A stretch of DNA of 64,000 bases from Eledone cirrhosa (GCA_964016885.1 OZ024742.1:177010001-177074000); one strand, 5' to 3'; positions 1 through 12,507 are shown, counted from the stretch's first letter. Numbers and translations are program-made. The notes: generated by a model from the sequence alone, not told the origin.

Positions 1-25
1 TGTGTGTGTGTGTGTCTGTGTGTGT

Positions 26-85
<60 letters not shown>

Positions 86-266
86 GTACATGTGAGTATG
101 TGTTTGTATTCTTTTCTGTTTCTTCTGCTATCTGCATATAAGTGTTTGTTAGGAATAAATTAGTTATTTTGACATTTGACAAGCTAAACCGTATATATTT
201 TCCTATGTTTATATCATAGCATAGCAGTGCATATATTCACATACATACATACATACCTACATACAT

Positions 267-618
267 GAACGCTGCCCCTCGTTACCGAGTATGGCCATCG
301 CACGATATACCATTATTAATAATAATTAATTAATTCTATCGTGCAATGCCTGTGCGAGAAGATATTTTTTAAAGTGAGGAAAAACTGTGCACTGAGCCAA
401 TCCCACTCTCTGAGCGACAGTAGCTATAACCCGAAAAGAAGAAAAGATCAACATCATCGGTAACTACTGAGCCGCAGGTTTTATATCGGAGTTATCCCAG
501 TTTCCTGAGTAGTTTTCTCCTAGAAGAATGCCCTGACAAAGGCTAGGAGTCCTTCACTCCCAGTGGTTTAACCACGTGATTGGCTGTCCAGCCCGACTAT
601 TTCTATGTCCCCGCACTT
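267..618 (-). mobile_element. Diverged relative of the ~610 bp non-autonomous RTE-like element
   Basis: Reverse complement shares the cctttgtca...ctaggagaa...tataa.acctgc...gatgttga and ggcc.tactcg..aacgag..ggcagc motifs with 11614-12222. Flanked by (CATA)n. Confidence 0.6.
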
Positions 619-664
619 ATACATACATATGTACATACATACGTAAATATATATATATATATAT

Positions 665-1196
665 AAATGGAAAAAAATGAAATTTCATTTCTCACTCTTA
701 GTACGGCTGATATTTAAATATAAGTAGGTATTATTACATACATATATGTATACAGACGCACAGTAGTATGTATATACATACATACATGCACACATATAAT
801 ATATATATATATATATATATGTACGTATAGGTTTACCGAACATTTATCATAATGTTCGGTTTGTTCGTAAACAAACAGCCCGGATTATTAGCCATACAGT
901 GTTCGGCAACATTCGTTGCCCTTCTGTTCAACACTGACAAAGGAACGATGAACTAGTTTGCAGCTTATTAGCTGTCGTCAGCACTGTATACCTTCCTGTC
1001 AGTTGATTGAAGGTTTGAAAGTATCAGCCTAATTTGCATATCGAGTGATTTAGTCGGCTGGGCGTACTGAAAACGATAAATGAAAAAAATGAAATTTCAT
1101 TTCTCACTCTTAGTACAGCTGATACTTAAATATAAGTATGTATACGTACATATATGTATACATACGTACAGTAGTATGTATATACATACATACATG

Positions 1197-1281
<85 letters not shown>

Positions 1282-1430
1282 ACGTATAGGTTTACCGAAC
1301 ATTTATTATAATGCTCGGTTTGATTGTAAACAAACAGCCCGAATTATTAGCCGTACAGTGTTCAGCAACCCTCGTTGCCCTTTTGTTCAACACTAACAAA
1401 GGAACCATGAATTAGTTTCTAGCTTATTTA
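665..1430 (-). repeat. Two tandem ~410-460 bp monomers of a hammerhead-bearing repeat (retrozyme/pLTR-like)
   Basis: Unit starting aaaaaatgaaatttcatttctcactcttagtac recurs at ~671 and ~1083, with an internal (TA)n. Further copies at 2130-2473 and 34422-35330. Confidence 0.85.
946..986 (-). ncRNA. Minimal type-I hammerhead ribozyme with a G12C core mutation
   Basis: Minus strand reads cagtg CTGACGA cagct-aata-agctg CAAA ctag TT catcg. Sister copies at 34690 and 35085 have GAAA. Confidence 0.7.
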
Positions 1431-1631
1431 CAGAAGTAGTATATGGTGCACTATCTCTCTCTCTCTAGTGAGTTATCTTTTCCACATATTGTATTATAAA
1501 GAACTCGGGATTCCTTCTTCTTTGAGGACATTACTGACAGGGAATAGCGAGAGTTTAAGGCTCCGTTAATTTATCGTGATATTTCGCTCCTTATAACAGT
1601 CTTTCCTCTCTCTCTGTTTGGTTGAGCACAC

Positions 1632-1682
1632 TTCTCTGAGTATTTTGGGCTGCCCTTTCTAGCAGCTCGTTCCTCAGAGACC
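1632..1682 (-). ncRNA. Degenerate hammerhead-like motif
   Basis: Minus strand reads tct CTGAGGA acgagctgc-tagaaagg-gcagccc AAAA tac TC aga. GAAA is mutated and stem III is eroded. Confidence 0.4.
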
Positions 1683-1780
1683 ACTGGTTACTGCCGTAGG
1701 CACGCTGTGAATTCTCTCTCCCACGTGTGGCTGGACAGTCGCTTTAGATTCTCTTAGAGTTGTCTGAAATGTATAGCCTT

Positions 1781-1864
1781 ACACACGCTGATGATCCATG
1801 GGCTAATCATTTCTGTCAACAACTTATTTGGCGAAACAGATCTTTTTTGGATTTGTACGTGTGT
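1781..1864 (+). ncRNA. Type-I hammerhead ribozyme with long stems I and III
   Basis: acacacg CTGATGA tccatggg...cttatttggc GAAA cagatc-T-rich loop-gatttg TA cgtgtgt. Stem I is 7 bp, stem III is 7 bp, cleavage triplet GUA; U.C mismatch at the base of stem II. Confidence 0.8.
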
Positions 1865-2129
1865 GTTAGATAGTTATCAAGGTATGTATTTACACTTTAA
1901 TTCATACTTTTAATTATTGTGTGTCTACTCTGCCTTCCATGGGCTATATATTCCATACACTGGTGGTTATTCCCTGTTTGACTGATGGCGCACTATCTCT
2001 CTCTCTAGTGTGTTATCTTTTCTACATATTGTATTATAAAGAGCTCGGGATTCCTTCTCCTTTGAGCACATTACTGACAGGGAATAGTGAGAGTCTATGG
2101 CTCCGTTAATTTATCGTGATATATATATT

Positions 2130-2509
<380 letters not shown>

Positions 2510-2672
2510 ATATATATATAATAATAGTAATTTGATGGGCCTAGCATGGGTTTCATTGCTAGTACCGGTTTCATCTCAGCGTACTCAATCGGTAATGTTA
2601 TGCAAAATCCCAGAGTAGACACATAGTTATTCCCTTCAATACAGCACACGTAAATGGGTACCTTCAATCTAT

Positions 2673-2785
2673 ACTCATACTCGAGTTTCAGCCACATTTA
2701 ATATAGCAATAGGGTGTACAGCATCTACTGTCTGCTTATATTATGCAACAATGCACAATCGGAACATGTGACTTCATCAGCGGGT
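2673..2785 (-). ncRNA. Type-I hammerhead ribozyme with intact core and a ~70 nt insert in loop II
   Basis: Minus strand reads acccg CTGATGA agtcacat-(~70 nt)-atgtggct GAAA ctcgag TA tgagt. Stem II is 8 bp and stem III is the palindrome ACTCGAGT. Confidence 0.8.
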
Positions 2786-2974
2786 TTCTCCTAATCTATA
2801 ACCATCGATTGACAGAATTCAGTCCGTATTGGCTATGGCAGTGAATGTGACGGTCAACACAGTAACACATTAACAACTGCGATCCCAACGCGTCATCACA
2901 ATGCCGTCAACCGATTGGCTACAGGTTCAGAAATGTATGTCACGGTAAGGGACGAAATTCAAATAATACCGTCA

Positions 2975-3200
2975 TTGATTTTCGAGTACGATCCGGAGAC
3001 CAAGCACCTCAGCCTTCGAAGTTACTGAGGCCGAAGAAAGCAAGACAGTCGACGTCCAAAGTTAAACTCATGTTGATCACCTTCTTCGGTGAGAGGGGAA
3101 TCGTTCATATAGAGTTCTTGTCACAGGGCCACACGATGAACCAGCATATTTACAAAGATATCATTTGTAGTTGCTTCACCACGACAACGCACTGGCTAAA
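2975..3200 (+). pseudogene. Mariner transposase fragment, internally deleted
   Basis: Translates to F-EYDPETK, KKARQSTSKVKLMLITFFGERGIVHIEFLSQGHTMNQHIY and LLHHDNA, all typical of the mariner DDD domain. Confidence 0.8.
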
Positions 3201-3235
3201 AATGTCCCGGAGAAAAAGAAGGGAGTGGGGGAGCA

Positions 3236-3400
3236 AGAGAGAGAGAGAGAGAGAAAGGGAGAGAGAGAGGGAGAGAGAGAGGGAGAGAGAGAGGGAGAGA
3301 GAGAGGGAGAGAGGGAGAGAGAGAGGGAGAGAGAGAGTGGGAGGGGGAGATGGAGAAGGAGGAAGAGGGAGTGTGTGGGAGAAAAAAGAGGGAGAGAGAG
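3236..3400. repeat. (GA)/(GAGAGAGAGAGG)n purine-rich microsatellite
   Basis: Directly visible. Confidence 0.95.
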
Positions 3401-3429
3401 CTGGAACAAATATGGGAAGGCATTTAGTA

Positions 3430-4100
3430 TAAGGGTCTACTTACTTTGCCAATTCACTGCCATGAAATCATGATGAGTTTTATGTGCAATTATAATGTTT
3501 TCAGATAAACATTTTTAATCCGCTAACAATGTTTAAAGCATGGCTATCACAACTGATCATATCTTCTAATTTCATGACTGCAATTAAGACCTCTTTATAA
3601 AATGCCCCATTAACGCTCTGACGAAACAGTTGTACATTTTGATGAGCAATATTTCAAACATCACTAAACGCAGGGTTGTCGTGACCTTTCATCCATTTTT
3701 TCGGACGTGGTGATTATAATGGTAATAACCACTGAACCAAATAGTGTTCCATCTTAAATTTATTGCTGTAAAAACATGGTTCAAGAACTTCGTAATAATG
3801 TGATTGATGAAATTACAATTAATTTCAAGTCTTCGTTTTAATTTCCCGATCACTTCTCGATAGAGACACGTTTGATAATCTCTCAACACTCAATGTATGA
3901 CAACATTATTAAGGACAAATTTCTTGACATGATGCAAATAAAAAGAATCCATCTTACTAAAAATATGTTTTATTTGACCTTAGCAACTACCTTTTTCGGT
4001 GGACTATAATGACATTACTTCTGATATCAGTAGTTCAGTCACTTGTTCCTGAATAAATTGGATACATTTTATTTACTGATATACAGACATAATCATGCTG
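3430..4100 (-). pseudogene. Possible highly decayed hAT (GTF2IRD2/Buster-like) transposase N-terminus
   Basis: Frame-broken minus-strand peptides such as G-F-(I)KEVLIAV resemble the conserved GEFIKEC motif. Weak evidence. Confidence 0.3.
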
Positions 4101-5245
4101 TAAACATCAGAAATAACAGATTCCATTTCCGAGAGTATTGTTACACGCAAAACACCTGATGCACGAACATTTCTACCTTTACTATGTGTTTCTATTAAAA
4201 CACAAAAAAGGCTAAGTATATCCCCCCCCCCCTCTCTCACTCTCTCTCACTCTCTCTATCTATCTATCTATCTCCCCCTCTCTCGCTCTCTCTCTCTATA
4301 TATAATTCAAATTAAAAGATATATATAGAGATAGGGAGGAGAGAAAGAGCCATGTATGGTTAGAGAGACACATGTTTTTGTACATATATATAAAAATGTA
4401 ATATATCAGAAAATGTATATAATTTATAGAGGAAAAGTTCTTATTTTCCTTACGATACCGTTTCATAATTTGTACAACAATGTAAACCGAAGCAAAGTCG
4501 ATCTAGGTAATCAATTATCGGTTACCAACTATCGTGTTTGGTAAAACTACCTAATAGGGACAATTGAAGGGCACAGGTTAATAGACAGAGTACGCAACAG
4601 GGTTCCAGAATAGATGGCGATAGAATGAAAGATATTATAAGAGATGAAAAACGGAAAGATATATCATACGTGCAACTTTTTTTAACCGTGTGTATATTTG
4701 TATTTCTATTTCGTAATGAATAACATTTGCCTTGACACAATGGTAACCAGATATCTAGATTAAGCTCTCAATCTTACATTTATGTTACCTGTTAGAGCAA
4801 TTAAACTGCGGTCATGCTGTGGCACTAGATATTTTTAATCGGCTATATCGAACCGAATACTTATTTTCTACACCGCTAAATTTCGGGACATAAACAATAA
4901 CATAGGTTAAACACTGACAAATAGTCAATAGACAAGTGGTTGCGCATTCAACAGACACTGAATTATCCAGGAGGGAACCAGAGAATATTTACGGCCATGT
5001 CTTCCCCCTTGAAGAACACAGAAATTATACTATTGTCTGGTTCTAACATTGTGCGGGAATTCTGGCAATATGGTTTTCAAAACTCATTCAAATTCATGCA
5101 GAAGTACTTGGTTATATTTTATTCCATGATATCGAGTTGTTTAGGAATGTCAGTTCGCAATCATTAGGTTCCCAGTTCGACCCCCATCAAGTAGCATATT
5201 GGGCTAGTGTTAATTGTCTTAGCCTCATGTCGATCCCTGCCGTCC

Positions 5246-5444
5246 ATGTATGTAGGATGTATGCTGATGTAGGTATGTATGTTGACGTGTGTATGTTGTG
5301 GGTTCGTCGTAGGGAGAAGTGTTTAGATGGGGTCCGTATTTGTTAATAAAGTGAGATTCCTTGCTAAACACTTCTCCCTAAGGCGAACCCACAACATACA
5401 CACGTCAACATACGTACCTACATCAGCATACATCCTACATACAT
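5246..5444. repeat. Fold-back with ~81 bp near-perfect inverted arms and a 37 nt loop
   Basis: atgtatgtaggatg...gaagtgtttag (5246-5326) is the reverse complement of ctaaacacttc...catcctacatacat (5364-5444). Confidence 0.9.
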
Positions 5445-6257
5445 CTCTATCCACATATAAACACAATGACATACGTAAACACACATGTTCTATGGTGCAA
5501 CACAAATATACACACATTTGCATACCTTTTGATGTCTATAGATATAAACGTGCCGACACACACACATACATATACGCACACATGCATTGCACACTGATGG
5601 GCACATACATATTTGTACACAAATATTCCAATACGGCAAGGCCTAATGGATTCCCCTTGCAGTACGTACAATCTGGACACTCACATACACCTTGGTATTA
5701 TCCCAATACTATATATCATTTCACACCTTTTATTATTAAGGTTTTTGATGTTCTATTGAGAGAATCGTTTTTACTGAAAATATCGAATATTGTACACCAT
5801 TTTTACCAGTATCACAAAAATACTGGTCCACCTCCACACACACATTCACATACACACACACATATATATACACACACACATACACACGCGTAGATTAACG
5901 TACAAAGAGACATACACACACACACACACACACACACTTCATAGTATAAGACAAGAGCTGAAAAATATCTTTTAACATGTTAAAATATACCCCACACACG
6001 TACAGACACATTCCTACTGACCGATCCCTCTACCACGAATTACTCTGCTACACACACACACACACACACACACACTTGTCTTAATAGGCATTTGAACTGT
6101 CAGCAGGCTGCGGTTCGTACACACATCCCTGGGGACCATTAACACAACAACTAACCTCTTTACTACTACTACTACTACACACACACACACACACACATAT
6201 TTGTCTTGAAAGACTTATTTTTCAGTGACTTCTCAATCAGCCGAGACAAACCTACAT

Positions 6258-6575
6258 TTGGCGCAAAATCAATTTTTAACATTCACATGACCTCTACCGA
6301 CCAATCAAAATTGTTTTGACCACAATAATTTTTTCATACATCTGGAACCACTTTATTTTACATAAAACAGGTAGAATTTCCAAAACTAATCAGATTAGAG
6401 CAAACATCACGGGCGCTCTATTTCACAATTATTTTTGAAAAGCATTAGAAATGCGCAACCGGTAAAACTTAAAGCCAAAACTGAATACTAACCAATACTA
6501 TTACTAATTTTTACTTATTCTTAATTAAACTATTTTTCTCTGGGAACAATTTGTCAGCATTTTCTTTTCCTTTTA

Positions 6576-6580
<5 letters not shown>
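6258..6580. repeat. Dispersed non-coding repeat (second copy 41060-41402)
   Basis: ttggcgcaaaatcaattttt.acattcacatgacctctaccgaccaatcaaaattg...gaacaatttgtcagcattttc is shared. Both copies end at (TA)n. Confidence 0.85.
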
Positions 6581-6621
<41 letters not shown>

Positions 6622-6914
6622 TTATTCTTTATATATATATATTTATGTAAATGTACATCTCGCGTATTTGATTATTTTTAAGTTGTTTTTTATCCCAACA
6701 CCACTCTTACTTATCGTTGTCTTTATTTCGTTTTTGACTTTGTATCTTTAGTTCTTATTAATTTATTTATTTATTATTATTACTTCATGTGTATGTATTT
6801 ATGTCTATCTCTGTAGACGCATATATGCTTATGTCAAAAAGTATACGTCTACGCACTTTTTAAGTATATGCACGTGGTTGAGTGTTTGTGTATGTTTATG
6901 TTCTGGATATTTTT

Positions 6915-6967
<53 letters not shown>

Positions 6968-7072
6968 TCTTTTTCCCATCTTCTTCTTCGCCCGTTTTTT
7001 TCTCACCATCACTTTCATATTTCTTAAATCTTGTTTTCAAATCCATATTTAATAAAAACACCATGATTTTTT

Positions 7073-7131
7073 ATTCATCTGTGGACTGAAAACAGATCTA
7101 GCATCTGCTTTCAAGAAACCACTGGTAAATG
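7073..7131 (+). ncRNA. Degenerate hammerhead motif (A6 mutated)
   Basis: ttcat CTGTGGA ctgaaaacagat-ctagc-atctgctttcaa GAAA ccactgg TA aatgag. Confidence 0.45.
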
Positions 7132-7184
7132 AGATAATTATCTTATGTTGTTTATATTACATAAGTAATATATATATATATACA

Positions 7185-7313
<129 letters not shown>

Positions 7314-7439
7314 TGTTATACTTGTGGAGGGTCATATTGTTGTAATAATATAGCCAAAAATAATAACAGAACACACTCACTGTCTGGTTGATTCTTGCTT
7401 CTGTATCTTTTATATCTCCATGGTTAATTCATTCGGCAA

Positions 7440-8134
7440 TCAATGTTTATCATTGATTGACTACTGATATAAATATATATAGTCTATCAAAGTTCTTTCG
7501 TTGCACATCTGCAACATCATCAGTGTTACTATCATGTTTCCTCCTGTTGTATTGTATGTCTACACCATTTTTATTTTATCTGTTTATTTATTTATTTATT
7601 TATTTATTTTTGTCCTCTTCTCTGCGCATGAGTTTCCGTGTGTGTATAGTGTTTGGTGTGTGTGTTCACGTTTGGGTGAGTGTGTTTTGGTTATTGTATT
7701 CTATCTTAGTTTATTAGTGTGTGTTTATATCTGTTTGTTGTTATTGTGCTTGTGTATTTATTTATTTATTTATTTATTTATTTATATTTCTCTTAAGTCA
7801 GTATTGTTTGTTTGGTTGTTGTTTTTATTCCGTTCATTTTTCTGTTTAGCTTTGGCTTTCTAAGCTCTGTTTCTCTTGCCTCTCTGATCTGCCTACCTGC
7901 TGGGTCATTTATATGTTGTCTATGTTAACGTCATGTTGTTGTCTGGCGTGTTCGTATAGTACTGAACCTTTTGTTTGTACTTTTAATTCACCCAGTGTTG
8001 GTCTATCTTTTCTCTTATTCTTCGAGCTGTCTCACCTATGTATGTTATGTTTCTGAATGAACCCGCTATACATATTATGCTATAGACTACATTTCCAGTT
8101 TACAGTTTATCTGGGGGTTTACATTTCATCGCCG

Positions 8135-8135
<1 letters not shown>
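7440..8135 (-). mobile_element. 5'-truncated Penelope-like element: GIY-YIG C-terminus plus pLTR
   Basis: Minus strand ~8110-7830 gives GNVVYSIIC..GSFRNITYIGETARRIREKIDQHW, GSVLYEHARQQH and DPAGRQIREARE..LRKPKLNRKNE with frameshifts. An HHR lies downstream. Confidence 0.75.
7484..7529 (-). ncRNA. Hammerhead motif in the pLTR, with an extra U after A9
   Basis: gtaaca CTGATGA t gttgca-gatg-tgcaac GAAA gaac TT tgatag. Confidence 0.6.
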
Positions 8136-8204
<69 letters not shown>

Positions 8205-8712
8205 TCATTGTGTCTGCAAATTCTGCCAATCGGAATGTAGGTACTTCTTCCTTTAAACAGTAGTAAGAAGCTAGATACGCTATATCAAATGCTCGCTCGC
8301 TTTACCTAGGTATGGGGTGCTACTAATTTACCAACGGCATATCAACATACCTACATAACTATATCATGTAATTGTGTTAGTACCTGATAATATCACATTC
8401 GTGCCTATTAATGATGTAGCAATTACATGATCACTAACCAGGTTGTTATTGATATACGTATAATGCAATACAACTATTACGTAAACCTAACATTTGTCTT
8501 GACTTTATTTCCTCTCTATCTATATATATATATATATATGCGTGAGTGTGTGTGTGTATGTGTGTGTGAGTGTATGTATGTATATATATATATATATATA
8601 TATAATGTAGGAGGTGAGTTTTATTGTAGTACAATAAAGCAATGCAGATATCGGATAAGAAGCACTCTACAGTGTGTAGGACTGGAGTATACATAATATA
8701 TAAGATCAAAAG

Positions 8713-10330
8713 ATGGTTAAAAGAGTTCCATGTATTTTATTATGCGCATTTGCCAGCTACTATTCTTCTATTTCGCCTTCACTTCTCAACAATGCTCTAT
8801 CTTTCGCATTTAAATATTCTGACATCACCACAGATACACTTCAGATCATTCTCACCGGACGTAAAACCATCCTAGAGTTCAACAATGAATATAGTATCAG
8901 AGATGATACCTCTAACAACTTGGACATCACAATGGGAGCATCCGATTCATCCCAATTGACAGATTTAATTGGTATCTTTATTTTGAACTCTTTGAGTCGG
9001 AAAATTCCTCAACTTCGCGGTGGAATTTATCGTGATGATGGACACTTTACTATCTTAAATTGCAACATAGTTAACCTTAATATTATTACGAACAATATAC
9101 GTAATCTCTTTAACCAACATAACCTAAAAATTGAATTTGATAACAGCATCAAACTAGCTAATTTCTTGGATGTATCTCTTAATCTTGACACTGGCCTATA
9201 TTACCCTTACCATAAAATCAATGAGAAGCTAAATTATGTTAATTTTAAATCTAACCACCCTACTAATATTAAGAATGCTATAGTTAGTAATATTGGAAAA
9301 AGAATATGTAACCTATCATCTAATAAAAACATCTTTGATGCTAACGCCAATTACTATAATAACGCGCTTTCTAAAGCCGGCTATCCTGATGAAATCAAAT
9401 ATAGTAAAGAAACAAATTCTAGAATATCTTACAGTAGAATAATTAATCATGATCCTTCCAATAACTTTAATAAAAAACCTAGATACAAAAACATAATCTG
9501 GTATAATGCTCCTTTCTCCATCTCTATTAATAATAATATTCCTAAATTATTCTTTAGTGCCTTAAATAAATGCTTCCCTTCCTCACATATCTATAGTAAA
9601 ATATTTAACAAACACACTATAACATTTTCCTATTCGACATCCTCAAACATTTCCAACATTATCTCTAAACACAACAATAAAATACTAAATACTAAATCTC
9701 TTCCTTCCAACACTGACTATCATAATAATAGTAATAGTACTTCCGAGGACATTGTAAACGCTAGGCTAATTTCTGCAAACCCAAATACAACGTCCAACAC
9801 AACTTCGCTAAATGTTCTTAATCCCATTCTAAATCAAGAAAGTATTATTCCTATCGCAAATAACTTCTCCAATTCAATTCCTTCTATAGATAACACTAGG
9901 CCACTCGTTAATAATCTCTCTACTCGCAATTGCAATTGCCCTGTTAAAAATAAATGTCCTCTCAACAACCATTGTCTTGATAAAAACTTAATCTACGAAT
10001 GTAAAGTTATAACTGACACCAATTCCTTCACCTATTTTGGCTCCACTTCCACCTCCTTTAAAGCTCGTCTTTATAATCATCATTCGTCTTTTAAATACCA
10101 ACTTAAAAGAACCAACACGGCTCTCTGAGAACTCATATGAACCTTGAAAGACACAAATATTAAATATAACATCTCTTGGAAAAAGGTTTCTTCTGCTTCT
10201 TGAACAGTTCTCTATCCAAGACTTGCAATCTCTGTCTAAATGAAAAATTTACCATTAATTCTAATTTAGATTCTATAATAAATAGACGCACTGACTTGTT
10301 TTCTCTCTGCTTGCATACATTCCACAGAAC
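8713..10330 (+). pseudogene. PLE reverse transcriptase plus GIY-YIG endonuclease (471 aa ORF, then stops)
   Basis: ITMGASDS, GIYRDDG, NFLDVSLNL, YVNFKSNHP, IIWYNAPFS, KIFNKHT, CNCPVKNKCPLNNHCL, LIYECKV, YFGSTSTSFKARLYNHHSSF, and downstream CNLCLNEK. Confidence 0.9.
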
Positions 10331-11239
10331 ATTCCATAAAGTATACAGCTAATATCCAATACTTTATCAGTTTAGAATCCTTTTCTCAAAGGCACATATA
10401 TATGTATTTATACTTCTTTAAAAATATACCCATCTTTCTAACTTATTTCAAAGTTATTTATTATACATTATATAATACTTGTTACTCATTCTATAACACT
10501 CCTATTTATAACTTCCCTTTCTTCCTTTTCCTTTTCTTTTCTTTTTCTTTTAATTTCTAACCCCTAATCTGTACCTTTTCTCACTGTGCCTAACATAGAG
10601 ACAATTATTACACAATACAATATATTCTTACTTTATATCACCTTGAAAAAATCCTTCGTAAACATAAACATTTTTTTGACGTTAGATTATTCATCTTCAA
10701 TTCATTATTTTTTTCTCACTTTCATGTTTCATCCTTTCTTCTACTTTTTTCACAATATATCCTTACTCACATTACCTTTGCTATTTTTAATATTACATAT
10801 CAACATTTTCTTTCCATCGCACATATTATTGAACACTTAAATATTATTCTTAATACATATTAACAATTTCTTTTCATTGCACATATTATTAAACCCTTCA
10901 ATATACAAAACTTAACTTTACATTATTTTTCGCTTCGTTAATTTTCAAATTCTTTTAATTTATACATTATCTTCCAACGATTTTTCAACCTCTCTATGTA
11001 AAACAATATATTTTTCTCAGTTATAAAAGCTATCTCTCTCTATATATCACCCATCTCTCCTCCTATCTCATCCTTCCTCATTATACTCCTCCCCCTCCAC
11101 TTTTTAGTCTCAACTCCTCCCCCCCCCCTCAAACATTTGTTTTCCCCAATATCACACATCAATCTAAAACTACTTTTCATGAGTTGAGTTAAAACTGCCC
11201 TATCCACAAGTGTTTTTTAACCTTCATATCATGTCTTCC

Positions 11240-11310
11240 TATTTTATCTGATGAAAACACAAATATTATTGCATGATGATATTTGTTTTTGAAATGCGCA
11301 TAATAAAATA
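11240..11310 (+). ncRNA. Type-I hammerhead ribozyme of the Naiad pLTR
   Basis: tattttat CTGATGA aaacacaaatat...atatttgttttt GAAA tgcgca TA ataaaata. Stem I is a perfect 8 bp and stem III is palindromic. Confidence 0.85.
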
Positions 11311-11354
11311 CATGGAACTCTTTTAACCGTCTTTTGATCTTATATATTATATAT

Positions 11355-11468
<114 letters not shown>

Positions 11469-11613
11469 GTATATATATATATGTATGTATGTATATATAT
11501 ATGTATGTATATATATATATATGTTTGTATATATATATGTATGTATATATATATATATATGTGTATATATGTGTGTATAAATGTGTATATATATATGTGT
11601 ATATATATATTAT

Positions 11614-12219
11614 GTCAGGTCACCAGTTGGTGTACTGGTAACATGTATTCCAGTACAACGTATCCCAAGGTCGGGTCGTTGTTGACTAAACTGGCAACCG
11701 CACCAATGTTTCTTGTTGAGGAGGGTCACTTTGGACATCCTGCAGGACTAAAAACAACACCTGTCAAAGGGCAAAAGAGCTCTTAAGAGTCAATGGCCAT
11801 CTAAAATCACCAGGAGAGATGACCCCTTAGCCTTTGTCAAGACATAATTCTAGGAGAAGGAAAACTCTGATATAACACCTGCAACCCTGATGGTATCCAA
11901 TGATGTTGACTTGTTCTTCTTTATGGTAAAATATCATCTTGGTTAAGAGAGTGGGACTGGCTTGGTGCAGTGCCTTTGCTCACTATAAAAGCTTCACCGC
12001 ACAGGCATTGCTTTATATCTGGAGATCTCTCTGCACTTGTCGTCACATGGTACCATGGGCCCAGCACTATGTGTCAATAATTGTCACAAGTGTAGTGTTT
12101 GTAACAGAGTTTTCAAGTCGCTGGCTGGACTAAAAAGTCACACTCCTTCAGCGCATCGGTATGGGTTCTCCTAGATGGATATAAAGTAGTGGCCGTACTC
12201 GAAAACGAGTTGGCAGCCA

Positions 12220-12222
<3 letters not shown>
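11614..12222 (+). mobile_element. ~610 bp non-autonomous element with RTE-LINE 5'UTR-like motif
   Basis: Contains ctaggagaaggaaaactctgata, recalled as typical of RTE 5'UTRs. Highly similar copies at 28084-28692 and 29343-29692, all embedded in (TATG)/(TA)n. Confidence 0.75.
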
Positions 12223-12258
<36 letters not shown>

Positions 12259-12267
12259 TATACACAC

Positions 12268-12298
<31 letters not shown>

Positions 12299-12323
12299 TA
12301 TATATATATATATATATACAGGC

Positions 12324-12447
<124 letters not shown>

Positions 12448-12471
12448 GATAAACATAAGATAGATATAATT

Positions 12472-12507
<36 letters not shown>

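Larger units (their letters stand above)
1445..2122. repeat. ~140 bp direct repeat (1445-1583 and ~1985-2122) bracketing two HHR motifs
   Basis: gg.gcactatctctctctct...ctccgttaatttatcgtgatat occurs twice, ~540 bp apart. Confidence 0.8.
8693..11350 (+). mobile_element. Naiad-type Penelope-like retroelement, 5'-truncated, with inverted pLTR tail at its 5' end
   Basis: RT and GIY-YIG remnants, a T-rich 3' region, an HHR at 11240-11310, and 8693-8751 is the reverse complement of 11292-11350. Confidence 0.9.

Noticed and set aside
10126-10203. Three in-frame TGA codons in the Naiad endonuclease as selenocysteine
   Set aside because: The first two fall at positions expected to be Ser and Trp (TxLS..IW), not Cys, and a frameshift follows the third. 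Decay is the simpler explanation.
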